Source of the DNA: Nitrosomonas europaea
GTDB taxonomy: Bacteria; Pseudomonadota; Gammaproteobacteria; Burkholderiales; Nitrosomonadaceae
Length of the DNA stretch: 32,000 nucleotides
Assembly (NCBI RefSeq): GCF_900167395.1
Contig: NZ_FUWK01000006.1
Location: 1-32,000, forward strand
Direction of reading: 5' to 3'
In this document: positions 1 to 10,159 of the stretch, piece after piece
How positions within the stretch are numbered: the stretch's first letter is position 1
Layout of the letters: every line of letters begins with the position of its first letter
Translations under genes and position numbers: made by a program
Notes under the pieces: model-generated
What the model was told of the DNA's origin: nothing
Seen by the model: the letters and a program-made list of their open reading frames with translations, nothing else
Databases searched by the model: none

Positions 1-308
1 CAGTCTTTGCGTTCCGCAACTTCTTTGGGAGATACCGGTGGTTTGTAAAAAGTATTGGGATCCATATATATACTGATCGCTATCGGCTCCCAGTAATCTC
101 CCATCGTCCCTTTCCCCGCTCCATGCGCCGGGTCCTTGTAACGCTTGACCAGCGCTTCATACGTCTCTTTCGGGGTCGCCTTACCTCGATCCAGCTTCAA
201 CGCATCATACGTCTCGTCCGGTACCGTCGATATGTCCGCATGAACCACCCCGCACATCATCAACCCCGCACAGAGCAATAAACCCCTCATCCACTCCCCT
301 ATTCTCAT
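1..308 (-). CDS. Partial CDS (first 102 codons; continues past the window start): secreted hypothetical protein
   Basis: It is absent from the ORF track because it runs off the window edge. The reverse complement of 306-308 is ATG. It is preceded by GGAGGAG (plus-strand ctcctcc, 313-319) with a 4-nt spacer. My translation is [102 protein letters not shown], and it stays open to base 1. The hydrophobic core followed by VHA-D resembles a Sec signal peptide. I recognise no family. Confidence 0.6.
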
Positions 309-614
309 CTCTCTCCTCCGTAATCTACCTGTTCGTCGGCTTTTACCAGATACAAAACAATAACCGGTTACCCGATCCCTCTCAGGTAACCAGCTTTATC
401 TACTCCTAATCACTTACTACTCATCTTCTCAAGACTACTTCCTCAGCAGGGCTAAGTCAAGATTTTAAAATTACGTATAAAGCAAAAACTTTACCCGTCT
501 TTATTAATGATCAGCCGAAATCACCGGACAAAAAGCAGCAATTTCAGCATCAGATGATTAGTGTTATGTCTGAAGCAAGGTAAAATTGCCAGATGTGTTT
601 TTTCGGTCGATGAA

Positions 615-1703
615 ATGAATAAGTCACGTGTAGTTGTTGGCATGTCCGGCGGAGTGGATTCATCCGTTGCCGCTCTGTTACTCAAGCAGCAAGGTTATGA
701 TGTAACAGGACTCTTTATGAAAAACTGGGAAGAGGATGATACTGATGAATACTGTTCTTCCCGTCAGGATTTTCTTGACGCCGCCTCCGTAGCAGACATT
801 CTTGATATACCGTTGGAAGTGGTAAATTTTTCAACTGAATACCGAGAACGGGTTTTCAATCTGTTTTTAAAAGAGTATCAGGCAGGGCGCACACCCAATC
901 CGGATGTGCTGTGTAATAGCGAGATCAAGTTCAGAGCATTTCTCGATCATGCACTCAATCTGGGCGCCGATTGGATTGCAACTGGCCATTATGCACAGGT
1001 GCATGAAACAGATGGCTTGTTTCAGTTACTCAAGGGTGAAGATGGCAACAAGGACCAGAGTTATTTTCTCTACCGTCTGAATCAGCAACAGCTGTCACAC
1101 ACAATTTTTCCCATTGGCCATCTCTACAAGCGAGAGGTTCGCAAAATCGCGCGTGAACATCGGTTACCCAATTCAACCAAAAAGGACAGCACTGGAATTT
1201 GTTTCATTGGTGAACGTCCTTTTCGTGAATTTCTCAACCGATATCTACCTGCCAATCCAGGTGAAATCCATACCCTGGATGACCAAGTCGTGGGAGAACA
1301 TCTGGGAGTAATGTACTACACCATCGGGCAAAGGCAGGGACTGGGGATTGGTGGCACCCGCCAGGGCAGTGAACAGCCGTGGTTTGTATCAGGAAAGGAT
1401 ATTAAAAAAAATGTGTTATACGTAGTACAAGGACACGACCACCCTGCACTATTGCGTTCTTCGCTGACTGCCGCGGATCTTTCCTGGATCAGCGGTACCC
1501 CTCCTCATCAGAACTGGGTTTATGCAGCTAAAATCCGTTATCGTCAAACAGATGCACCCTGCGCAATTACCCACTTTGAACATGACTCCTGTCAGATTGG
1601 TTTTGCAGCGCCACAATGGGGAATCACACCCGGACAATCGGTAGTAGTCTACGAAAGCAAAGTTTGTCTGGGTGGCGGCGTAATTATCGGCAGCAATGAC
1701 TAA
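615..1703 (+). CDS. mnmA: tRNA-specific 2-thiouridylase MnmA (tRNA U34 2-thiolation)
   Basis: The ORF runs 561..1703. I trimmed the start to the ATG at 615 ([17 protein letters not shown]...) because MnmA proteins begin just before the PP-loop motif SGGVDSS. Other typical blocks are present: [27 protein letters not shown] and [11 protein letters not shown]. Confidence 0.93.
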   Translation: MNKSRVVVGMSGGVDSSVAALLLKQQGYDVTGLFMKNWEEDDTDEYCSSRQDFLDAASVADILDIPLEVVNFSTEYRERVFNLFLKEYQAGRTPNPDVLCNSEIKFRAFLDHALNLGADWIATGHYAQVHETDGLFQLLKGEDGNKDQSYFLYRLNQQQLSHTIFPIGHLYKREVRKIAREHRLPNSTKKDSTGICFIGERPFREFLNRYLPANPGEIHTLDDQVVGEHLGVMYYTIGQRQGLGIGGTRQGSEQPWFVSGKDIKKNVLYVVQGHDHPALLRSSLTAADLSWISGTPPHQNWVYAAKIRYRQTDAPCAITHFEHDSCQIGFAAPQWGITPGQSVVVYESKVCLGGGVIIGSND

Positions 1704-1705
1704 TA

Positions 1706-2842
1706 TCAGGTAATCGTCAGATGTTCGATATTCGTCTCTGCACTGATTTTCCGGGCTTCTGATCCGTGCAATTTGATTTGCAGCCTCAATTCATTCATGG
1801 AATCAGCATTACGAAGCGCATCTTCATAGGAAATTGTGCCATTCTCATAGAGTTCAAACAGCGCCATATCAAAAGTTTGCATCCCCAGTTCACTTGATTT
1901 TTTCATTATTTCCTTGATTTCATGCACATTTCCCTTGAATATCAGATCAGAAATCAGTGGAGAATTGAGCATTACTTCGATTGCCGCAGCACGCCCGCTG
2001 CCTGATTTTTTGGGAATCAGCCTTTGCGCGACCAATGCCCGCATATTCAGTGACAGGTCCATCAGCAACTGAGCACGCCGTTCTTCCGGGAAGAAATTAA
2101 TAATGCGATCAAGCGCCTGATTGGCGCTGTTTGCATGCAGGGTACCCATACACAAATGCCCGGTCTCAGCAAAGGCAATGGCGTGCTCCATTGTTTCTCG
2201 ATCCCGGATTTCACCAATCAGAATGACATCGGGCGCCTGCCGCAATGTATTCTTCAATGCAGCTTCCCACGATTCCGTATCAACTCCGACTTCCCGCTGG
2301 GTAACGACACAATTGATATGTTCATGTACAAATTCAACCGGATCTTCAATAGTGATGATATGGCCATGGCTATTCTGGTTGCGATGGCCAATCAGTGCCG
2401 CCATCGAGGTGGATTTTCCCGAACCGGTTCCACCGACAAAAATCACCAGACCACGTTTGCTCATGACGACTTCTTTCAGAACCTGCGGCAGCCCAAGATC
2501 ATCGAAATTTGGAATCTTCGTGGTGATCGTCCGCAAAACGATTCCTGTTCGTTGCTGTTGTACGAAAGTATTGACGCGAAAACGGCCGATTCCTTCCGGA
2601 TGAATTGCAAAATTACATTCCTTACTGGACTCGAACTCCACCGCCTGTTTATCGTTCATGATGGCACGCGCCAGCGCTGCAGTATGGGCAGAAGAAAGTA
2701 GCTGCTGTGTGACAGGTGTCATTTTGCCGTCTATCTTCATTGCCGGAGGATAACCGGCCGTAATGAACAAATCTGAAGCCTTTTTACTAAGCATCAGCCG
2801 CAGTAAATCATGCATAAATTTGAGTGCCTGTTCTTTTTCCAT
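1706..2842 (-). CDS. pilU: Type IV pilus retraction ATPase PilU (PilT/PilU family)
   Basis: The ORF runs 1706..2866. I trimmed the start to the ATG at 2842 (MEKEQALKFMHDLLRLMLSKKASDLFITAGYPP), which leaves 16 nt after the pilT stop. It has Walker A GGTGSGKST, Walker B-like ILIGEIRD and a His box GTLHANSA. It sits immediately downstream of pilT, as in other pilT-pilU loci. Confidence 0.85.
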   Translation of the reverse strand: MEKEQALKFMHDLLRLMLSKKASDLFITAGYPPAMKIDGKMTPVTQQLLSSAHTAALARAIMNDKQAVEFESSKECNFAIHPEGIGRFRVNTFVQQQRTGIVLRTITTKIPNFDDLGLPQVLKEVVMSKRGLVIFVGGTGSGKSTSMAALIGHRNQNSHGHIITIEDPVEFVHEHINCVVTQREVGVDTESWEAALKNTLRQAPDVILIGEIRDRETMEHAIAFAETGHLCMGTLHANSANQALDRIINFFPEERRAQLLMDLSLNMRALVAQRLIPKKSGSGRAAAIEVMLNSPLISDLIFKGNVHEIKEIMKKSSELGMQTFDMALFELYENGTISYEDALRNADSMNELRLQIKLHGSEARKISAETNIEHLTIT

Positions 2843-2858
2843 AATAAATTCTGTCCGC

Positions 2859-3902
2859 TCAACCACGGAAATTATCTTTGTTCATAGCTTTGGTACGCGC
2901 TTCTACCGCTGAAATGACGCCACGCTTCACCAGATCTGTCAGATTCTGATCGAGTGTTTGCATCCCGACTCCCTGACCAGTCTGGATAGCCGAATACATT
3001 TGCGCTACTTTTCCTTCCCGGATAAGGTTACGGATAGCCGGTGTACCGATCATGATTTCATGAGCAGCCACCCGACCCTTACCATCCTTTGTTTTCAGCA
3101 GTGCCTGAGAAATAACGGCACGCAGCGATTCGGACAGCATCGCACGCACCATTTCCTTCTCCTCCGCCGGAAACACATCAATAATCCTGTCGATGGTCTT
3201 GGCAGCCGAACTGGTATGCAGCGTACCAAAAACCAGATGACCGGTTTCCGCCGCAGTCATGGCCAGACGAATTGTCTCCAGATCCCGCATTTCGCCCACC
3301 AGAATGATGTCCGGATCTTCCCTCAAAGCCGCACGCAGAGCATTGCTGAAACTGTGTGTATCTCGCCCGACCTCCCGCTGATTGATCAGACATTTCTTGC
3401 TTTCGTGTACAAATTCGATCGGGTCCTCCAGAGTCAGTATGTGGCCATACTGGTTCTCATTGATGTCATTGACCATGGCTGCAAGCGTGGTGGATTTACC
3501 GGATCCGGTCGGTCCCGTAACAAGCACCACACCGCGTGGTTGTTGCGCAATTTCAGCAAATATTTTTGGCGCCTTCAGTTCTTCGAGTGTCAGCACTCTG
3601 GACGGAATGGTACGCAGCACCGAAGCTGCTCCCCGCTGAGTATTGAAAGCGTTGACACGAAAACGTGCCAGATCGGGGATAGCAAACGAAAAATCGCACT
3701 CCAGATGTTCTTCATAATGCTTGCGCTGACTATCGTTCATAATGTCATACACCATGTCATGCACGTCCTTGTGCTCCAGCGCAGGGAGATTGATGCGCCG
3801 AATTTCCCCGTGCACCCGGATCATAGGTGGCATACCGGCAGACAAATGAAGATCGGAAGCGTTATTCTTGACCACAAATGAGAGTAACTCTACTATATTC
3901 AT
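2859..3902 (-). CDS. pilT: Twitching motility ATPase PilT
   Basis: The ORF runs 2859..3923. I trimmed the start to the ATG at 3902 (MNIVELLSFVVKNNASDLHLSAGMPPMIRVHGEIRRINLP), which matches the canonical PilT N-terminus. It has Walker A GPTGSGKST, ILVGEMRD, GTLHTSSA and the AIRNLIREGK block. Confidence 0.92.
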   Translation of the reverse strand: MNIVELLSFVVKNNASDLHLSAGMPPMIRVHGEIRRINLPALEHKDVHDMVYDIMNDSQRKHYEEHLECDFSFAIPDLARFRVNAFNTQRGAASVLRTIPSRVLTLEELKAPKIFAEIAQQPRGVVLVTGPTGSGKSTTLAAMVNDINENQYGHILTLEDPIEFVHESKKCLINQREVGRDTHSFSNALRAALREDPDIILVGEMRDLETIRLAMTAAETGHLVFGTLHTSSAAKTIDRIIDVFPAEEKEMVRAMLSESLRAVISQALLKTKDGKGRVAAHEIMIGTPAIRNLIREGKVAQMYSAIQTGQGVGMQTLDQNLTDLVKRGVISAVEARTKAMNKDNFRG

Positions 3903-4098
3903 CCGGTGTGTTCCTTTGGCCACGTTGAATGTTGATCGGTTGATACCGGCTGCTGGTAATGTTTTCTGACCCCAGACAGTCGGCTGATCTAACTAGAACG
4001 GAAAAAACTGGCCGGGATTAAATATATTTCCGGAATACCGGTAAATTTTCTGGCAGTAATATCGGATCACCCGTTTCTTCAATTTCACTTATCCAACC

Positions 4099-6096
<1,998 letters not shown>

Positions 6097-6105
6097 GCAA
6101 AAGCG

Positions 6106-7410
6106 TTAGTCTGCCGCACCCACGACTACCGTTACCATACCGGCCGGATCAATCCGGCGTTTAAATGCATCCCTGATCTGCGCGACAGTCACCTTTTCCA
6201 CCGCCTTGACATAATCTTCCAGATAAGTCAGCGGCAAATCATAAAAACCGATAACCCCAAGATATCCGAGAATTTTCTGATTACTGTCGATACGCAAAGG
6301 AAACCCTCCCACGATATTCTGCCTGGCAGCTTGCAACTCTTCTTCGGTCGGTCCCTGTTCAACGAAATCCCTGAGCGTTTTCTGTGTCAACTGCAAGGCC
6401 TGTTCCGCCTGTTCCTTTTTTGTCTGCAAACCGATTTCAAATGGCCCTTTTTCCTGATATGGCGCAAACGTACTGTAAACACTATATGCCAGCCCGCGCG
6501 TTTCACGAATTTCATTCATCAATCGGGAAACGAACCCACCCCCTCCCAGAATGTAATTACCCACCAGTAGAGGAAAATAATCAGGATCCTTACGACTCAA
6601 CCCGGGGTAGGCAATCTGGATATGACTTTGCGTGGCCGGATGAGCAATCTTCTGGATGATCGGAACAGGCTTTTCTACAGGTGGCAAAGTTTTATACGTT
6701 TTCCCAGTCGGCAGATTTCTGGTCAGCATCTCTGCGATACGGGCAGCTTCATCCCGTTTGATATCCCCTATCATTGCAATGATTGCATTGCCAGCTGTGT
6801 AATGCGCACGGTAAAAATCAACCAGATCCTGCCGCCGCAACGCTGCAAGCGCATCCGGTTCTCCCGACTCACGCAAACCATAAGGATGCTTGCCATACAG
6901 CAATTTCATCAGTGTCCGGTCAGCAATGACCTCTGGTTTGGTATCCGCTTCCTTGAGGGCTGCGATAATACGAGCACGTTCCCGTTCCAGAATCTTTTCA
7001 AGAAATTCAGGGCGTTGAACGATCTGTGCCAAAACATCCAGCGCACGCACGCGCTCCTGCTGATGGCTCAACGTCCGCAGTGACAGTCCTGCCCGATCCA
7101 GATCAAATGTTCCACCCAGCCTCGCTCCGACATCCGCCAGTGTCTCGGCAATCCGATCTTCTGACAGATCACCTGCCCCCATACTCATCAGCCGTTGCAC
7201 CAGTCCGGCGCGGCCGGAAGTTTCTGCCGTATCGGTACTGCTGCCTGCCGGAAATTCAATACTGAGATCGAGTATTGGCAAATCATGATTCTCGACGAAA
7301 TAGACCTGCGCCCCGTTGGCTGTCTGCCAGTGCTGAATCGGCAAGAACGCCAGCGCCCACTGCGCATACAACCCCACCCAGAACATGATCAAAAACTGTA
7401 GAAATCGCAT
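6106..7410 (-). CDS. Peptidase M16 (pitrilysin) family protein, non-catalytic type, with signal peptide
   Basis: The 434-aa product has an N-terminal hydrophobic leader (MRFLQFLIMFWVGLYAQWALA). Its two-domain M16 layout includes NAIIAMIGDI, LGGGGFVSRLMNEIRETRGLAYSVYS and a PLRIDSN tail. Active M16 enzymes carry HxxEH where this protein has GRAGLVQRLMSMG, so no zinc-binding motif is visible. Confidence 0.8.
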   Translation of the reverse strand: MRFLQFLIMFWVGLYAQWALAFLPIQHWQTANGAQVYFVENHDLPILDLSIEFPAGSSTDTAETSGRAGLVQRLMSMGAGDLSEDRIAETLADVGARLGGTFDLDRAGLSLRTLSHQQERVRALDVLAQIVQRPEFLEKILERERARIIAALKEADTKPEVIADRTLMKLLYGKHPYGLRESGEPDALAALRRQDLVDFYRAHYTAGNAIIAMIGDIKRDEAARIAEMLTRNLPTGKTYKTLPPVEKPVPIIQKIAHPATQSHIQIAYPGLSRKDPDYFPLLVGNYILGGGGFVSRLMNEIRETRGLAYSVYSTFAPYQEKGPFEIGLQTKKEQAEQALQLTQKTLRDFVEQGPTEEELQAARQNIVGGFPLRIDSNQKILGYLGVIGFYDLPLTYLEDYVKAVEKVTVAQIRDAFKRRIDPAGMVTVVVGAAD

Positions 7411-7564
7411 ATACCCTCTTACCGTAAATTAAGCATCCAATGCATGAAACATTGTATGCCAATGCAGGATAAATCAAAGATCCCTTAACAATCAAACTGC
7501 CAGATTCATCGAAAAAGGTTTACGATAAGCAAACCAGATTGATACCAGCTGAAAGGAGAACACA

Positions 7565-7984
7565 ATGACTACCCCATATGTTCAACCTTACCTGTTTTTC
7601 GGCGGTCGCTGTGAAGAGGCACTCGAATTCTACCGTACCACCCTCGGCGCGCAGGTGGATATGCTCATGCGCCACAAAGAAAGCCCGGAGTCGCCACCGC
7701 CCGGAATGCTTGCACCCGGCTTTGAAAACAAAATCATGCACGCCTCTTTTCACATCGGTGCAACCACGCTGATGGCTTCCGACGGATGCGGAGAAGACAG
7801 TCATTTCGATGGCTTCTCACTTTCTCTGACTGTACCGACGGAGGCTGAGGCCGATCGCACATTTGCCGCTCTCGCCGAAGGCGGTCAGGTACGTATGCCA
7901 CTCACGAAGACTTTCTGGTCATCACGTTTTGGTATGCTTACCGACCGCTTCGGTATCAGCTGGATGATCACTGTCCAGGAATGA
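7565..7984 (+). CDS. VOC/glyoxalase-superfamily protein, PhnB-like (3-demethylubiquinone methyltransferase-like domain)
   Basis: The 139-aa product has AAGGAG 8 nt upstream of its ATG. PYLFFGGRCEEALEFY, HASFHIG, the C-terminal FWSSRFGMLTDRFGISWMI and the overall size are typical of the PhnB/COG2764 group. Confidence 0.75.
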   Translation: MTTPYVQPYLFFGGRCEEALEFYRTTLGAQVDMLMRHKESPESPPPGMLAPGFENKIMHASFHIGATTLMASDGCGEDSHFDGFSLSLTVPTEAEADRTFAALAEGGQVRMPLTKTFWSSRFGMLTDRFGISWMITVQE

Positions 7985-8014
7985 CGGTTTTATTTCAGGC
8001 ACCCAAAACACGCC

Positions 8015-8413
8015 ATGCTGTCCATCAAGCCAGCCGCTGAAGACCTCGCTGCCCGCCAGCCTGTATGGGAAGCACTGTCGGACATGTTCCTCGATACGGA
8101 TACCTCTCTCTCACGGCAGTGGCGTGCCGATCAGCTTGCCAGATCACCTTACTCGATCGATCAGCTCGAGTTCATCCTCATAAACGAGGTATACCCGATA
8201 TGCAAATACAACCTCCTGTCAGTGGCAGGTGAGTGGGCCGGATTCGATCCAGAGTGGCTGAAGGAAAAAATCCTTCGTCACCTGGGTTCCCGGTTCCGGT
8301 TCTTGCATACGCTGAACCTGGGGTGCTTCACCGTGCATGCTTCAGTTGAATGGCATGCGACCAGGCATGCCATCCTCGCGGCTCGCAGTATTGGCACAAA
8401 GAATACAACCTGA
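8015..8413 (+). CDS. Conserved hypothetical protein (small DUF family, function unknown)
   Basis: The 132-aa ORF starts 30 nt after the VOC gene stop. The blocks PVWEALSDMFLDTD, SPYSIDQLEFILINEVYPICKYNLLSVAGEWAGFDPEWL look like a widespread proteobacterial DUF that I believe is DUF7079 (this needs verifying). There is no obvious Shine-Dalgarno sequence. Confidence 0.6.
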   Translation: MLSIKPAAEDLAARQPVWEALSDMFLDTDTSLSRQWRADQLARSPYSIDQLEFILINEVYPICKYNLLSVAGEWAGFDPEWLKEKILRHLGSRFRFLHTLNLGCFTVHASVEWHATRHAILAARSIGTKNTT

Positions 8414-8587
8414 CACCCTTCACTCAACCAGATGCACATCTGTCAGGTACTGAAATTCATTTTGTGTATCCGATATCCATCTATGCCGTAAACAAATAAA
8501 CCACCCAAAACGCAGAACTAAACAAAGATTTCACTTCGTTTTATTACCCGTTGAATCAAGCCTGGTGTTAAATATTAAGGAAGTTTT

Positions 8588-9247
8588 ATGAAAAACATCG
8601 TAGCGCTACTAACCGTTTTTATCTTGTTTATGACTCAGTCAGCCAGCGCCGAGCTATACGATCCAGACGAAGTCCAGGTATATATCGTTCCAATGATTGA
8701 CTTTCCCGAACCAGCCGCAGCGCAGTTATCGAAAATTCTATCTGATGATATGAAAATATGGGTAAAAAGCAGTGTCCGGCTGGGCGATTTAGAAGCTGCT
8801 ACCTTGCCTGGAACAAGACAATTGTCTGGAGACAGCATCATTGAAAAATCTTATCCAATAGTCACAAAATTGCCAGGATCATCTAAAAACACGATGTATG
8901 TTCTTCTTACAACGAGAGATATCAACTCGGAAACCGGTGCTTTCCGATTTCAATTCTCAATGCATCACTCGGAAATGAGGGTTTCAGTTGTATCAATGGC
9001 CAGAATGATTGAATTTATAGACGGTAAACCGGTAGTTAATCACCTTGTACTTAACAGGCTTTATAAGATGTGCAAGCGTGCAATTGGTGAGCAGTATTTT
9101 GGATGGAAACGGTCAACCGATATAAACGACATTATGTATTCACCGATAATGGGAATGCCTGATTTAGACAGAATAGGGATACACCATAAGGAAAACGATG
9201 ATGAGAATGAAGTAGAACCAGTTGATAAAAACAGGATATCAATATAA
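8588..9247 (+). CDS. Secreted hypothetical protein, possible degenerate archaemetzincin-like fold
   Basis: The 219-aa product has AAGGAAG upstream of its ATG and a Sec signal peptide (MKNIVALLTVFILFMTQSASA-E). The gene is visibly more AT-rich than its neighbours. The order of blocks is VYIVPM.., QLSGD, YVLLTTRDI, FQFS..RVSVVSMARM, CKRAIGEQYFGWKRS, then IMYSP. This resembles archaemetzincin (peptidase M54), but the HExxHxxGxxH histidines are absent. Confidence 0.6.
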   Translation: MKNIVALLTVFILFMTQSASAELYDPDEVQVYIVPMIDFPEPAAAQLSKILSDDMKIWVKSSVRLGDLEAATLPGTRQLSGDSIIEKSYPIVTKLPGSSKNTMYVLLTTRDINSETGAFRFQFSMHHSEMRVSVVSMARMIEFIDGKPVVNHLVLNRLYKMCKRAIGEQYFGWKRSTDINDIMYSPIMGMPDLDRIGIHHKENDDENEVEPVDKNRISI

Positions 9248-9392
9248 TAAATATAAATATTTACTGGCAAAAACAGAGTTGAATGAACAAATACAAATGG
9301 CCGACAGAACCAATCCTGCTGGCACATTGAGAAAGACGCTGGGAAACAGTAGTTCAGCACATTAACTGCGCTTATCAACGCAGGATTACGCC

Positions 9393-9449
9393 AGGCGAAA
9401 ACCCAAGTACAGTTTGCTGAATAAAATAGGGGCTTTCGCCTGTTTTCGG
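9393..9449 (+). terminator. Candidate hairpin terminator between the secreted-protein gene and mazF
   Basis: aggcgaaaaccc (9393-9404) pairs with gggctttcgcct (9430-9441), giving 12 bp with one A-C mismatch. On the + strand it is followed by gttttcgg. The 25-nt loop is long for an intrinsic terminator and the U-tract is short, so support is weak. Confidence 0.3.
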
Positions 9450-9455
9450 GGGGGT

Positions 9456-9803
9456 CTATTCAAACAGAATAGCCTCTACCCTGGCCAGGACTTCATCAAG
9501 AATATGCTGCGGTACACTTTCCTTGAAACGCACATTCCGCACTTGCCAATCCAAAGACTTCAACTGGTGGCAATGTACCGCACCTTGAGTGTCAGTTCCT
9601 GCTCCCATCAAGGTGACCACAGTCCCGTAGGTACGGGCAGCAGCGGCAGCACCCTGAGAAATCGGGCAGATCATTGCCAGTCCTCGCTGGTTAAAAAGCT
9701 TACCGCTTAAAATAAGGCCAAAGTGAGGGCCTTTTATCTCCCGGCCGGAGGATGGATCAAAATCAAGATGTACGATGTCGCCACGGTTCGGCAGGTATGT
9801 CAT
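9456..9803 (-). CDS. mazF: Type II toxin, MazF/PemK/Kid family mRNA interferase
   Basis: The 115-aa product has RGDIVHLDFDPSSGREIKGPHFGLILS, MICPISQG and GAVHCHQLKSLDW...VPQHILDEVLARVEAIL. These parallel Kid/PemK blocks (RGEIWLVSLDP, VVPVTSGG, GVVRCDQPRTID, VPETIMNEVLGRL). Its ATG overlaps the antitoxin TGA as ATGA (9801-9805). Confidence 0.87.
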   Translation of the reverse strand: MTYLPNRGDIVHLDFDPSSGREIKGPHFGLILSGKLFNQRGLAMICPISQGAAAAARTYGTVVTLMGAGTDTQGAVHCHQLKSLDWQVRNVRFKESVPQHILDEVLARVEAILFE

Positions 9804-10048
9804 CAGCTGTCTTCCAGTCCGACGGGAGACATTTCATCCCAGCCTTCAACACGCGGCAATCCCTTCGGCATTTCCGCCATCAGGTCAGCCAGCTTGTAAC
9901 GCGGTCGAGCCGGTGCTTCGACGATCATCTTCTTCCCGTGAAGATGAAGCTCAACCTGAGAACCTTCACTCAGCCCGTTCTGTTCGATAAAAGACTTGGG
10001 CACTGTCATGACAAGTGAACCACCGGCCTTGCGTAAAGTTTGAAGCAT
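9803..10048 (-). CDS. mazE: Type II antitoxin, MazE/PemI/Kis (AbrB/SpoVT fold)
   Basis: The 81-aa product begins MLQTLRKAGGSLVMTVPKSFIEQNGL, followed by MIVEAPARPRYKLADLMAEM, which resembles Kis/PemI (RLKRVGGSVMLTVP.., LIVEP.RRPQYSLAELLAQ). A strong AGGAGG lies 5 nt upstream of the ATG. The upstream AT-rich region carries tcctatt (10073-10079) and aatagga (10125-10131) as inverted half-sites. Confidence 0.87.
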   Translation of the reverse strand: MLQTLRKAGGSLVMTVPKSFIEQNGLSEGSQVELHLHGKKMIVEAPARPRYKLADLMAEMPKGLPRVEGWDEMSPVGLEDS

Positions 10049-10159
10049 AGCAACCTCCTGTTTATCATAAAGTCCTATTTTAGTATAACTTAATGTTTTA
10101 TTAAAGTAGGATTATTCAGTGTAATAGGAAAGAGATTACTATTCACCACGATCAGAAAC

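Noticed and set aside
561-614. N-terminal extensions suggested by the ORF track for mnmA (561), pilU (2866), pilT (3923), ferredoxin (5092), murD (26687) and murC (30410).
   Set aside because: In each case an internal ATG gives the canonical family N-terminus. It often also gives an ATGA overlap or a proper Shine-Dalgarno sequence, whereas the extensions encode non-conserved residues.
2958-3881. A 307-aa plus-strand ORF, with shorter ones at 2121-2701 and 3382-3639.
   Set aside because: They lie entirely antisense to pilT and pilU, which have unambiguous ATPase motifs. The translations are Ser/Arg/His-rich with no recognisable motif. They look like typical shadow ORFs.
9061-9378. A 105-aa minus-strand ORF in the AT-rich region after the secreted-protein gene.
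   Set aside because: It overlaps the 3' end of the better-supported plus-strand gene. The translation is low-complexity (Phe/Ser/Ile-rich) as expected from AT-rich DNA, and there is no Shine-Dalgarno sequence.
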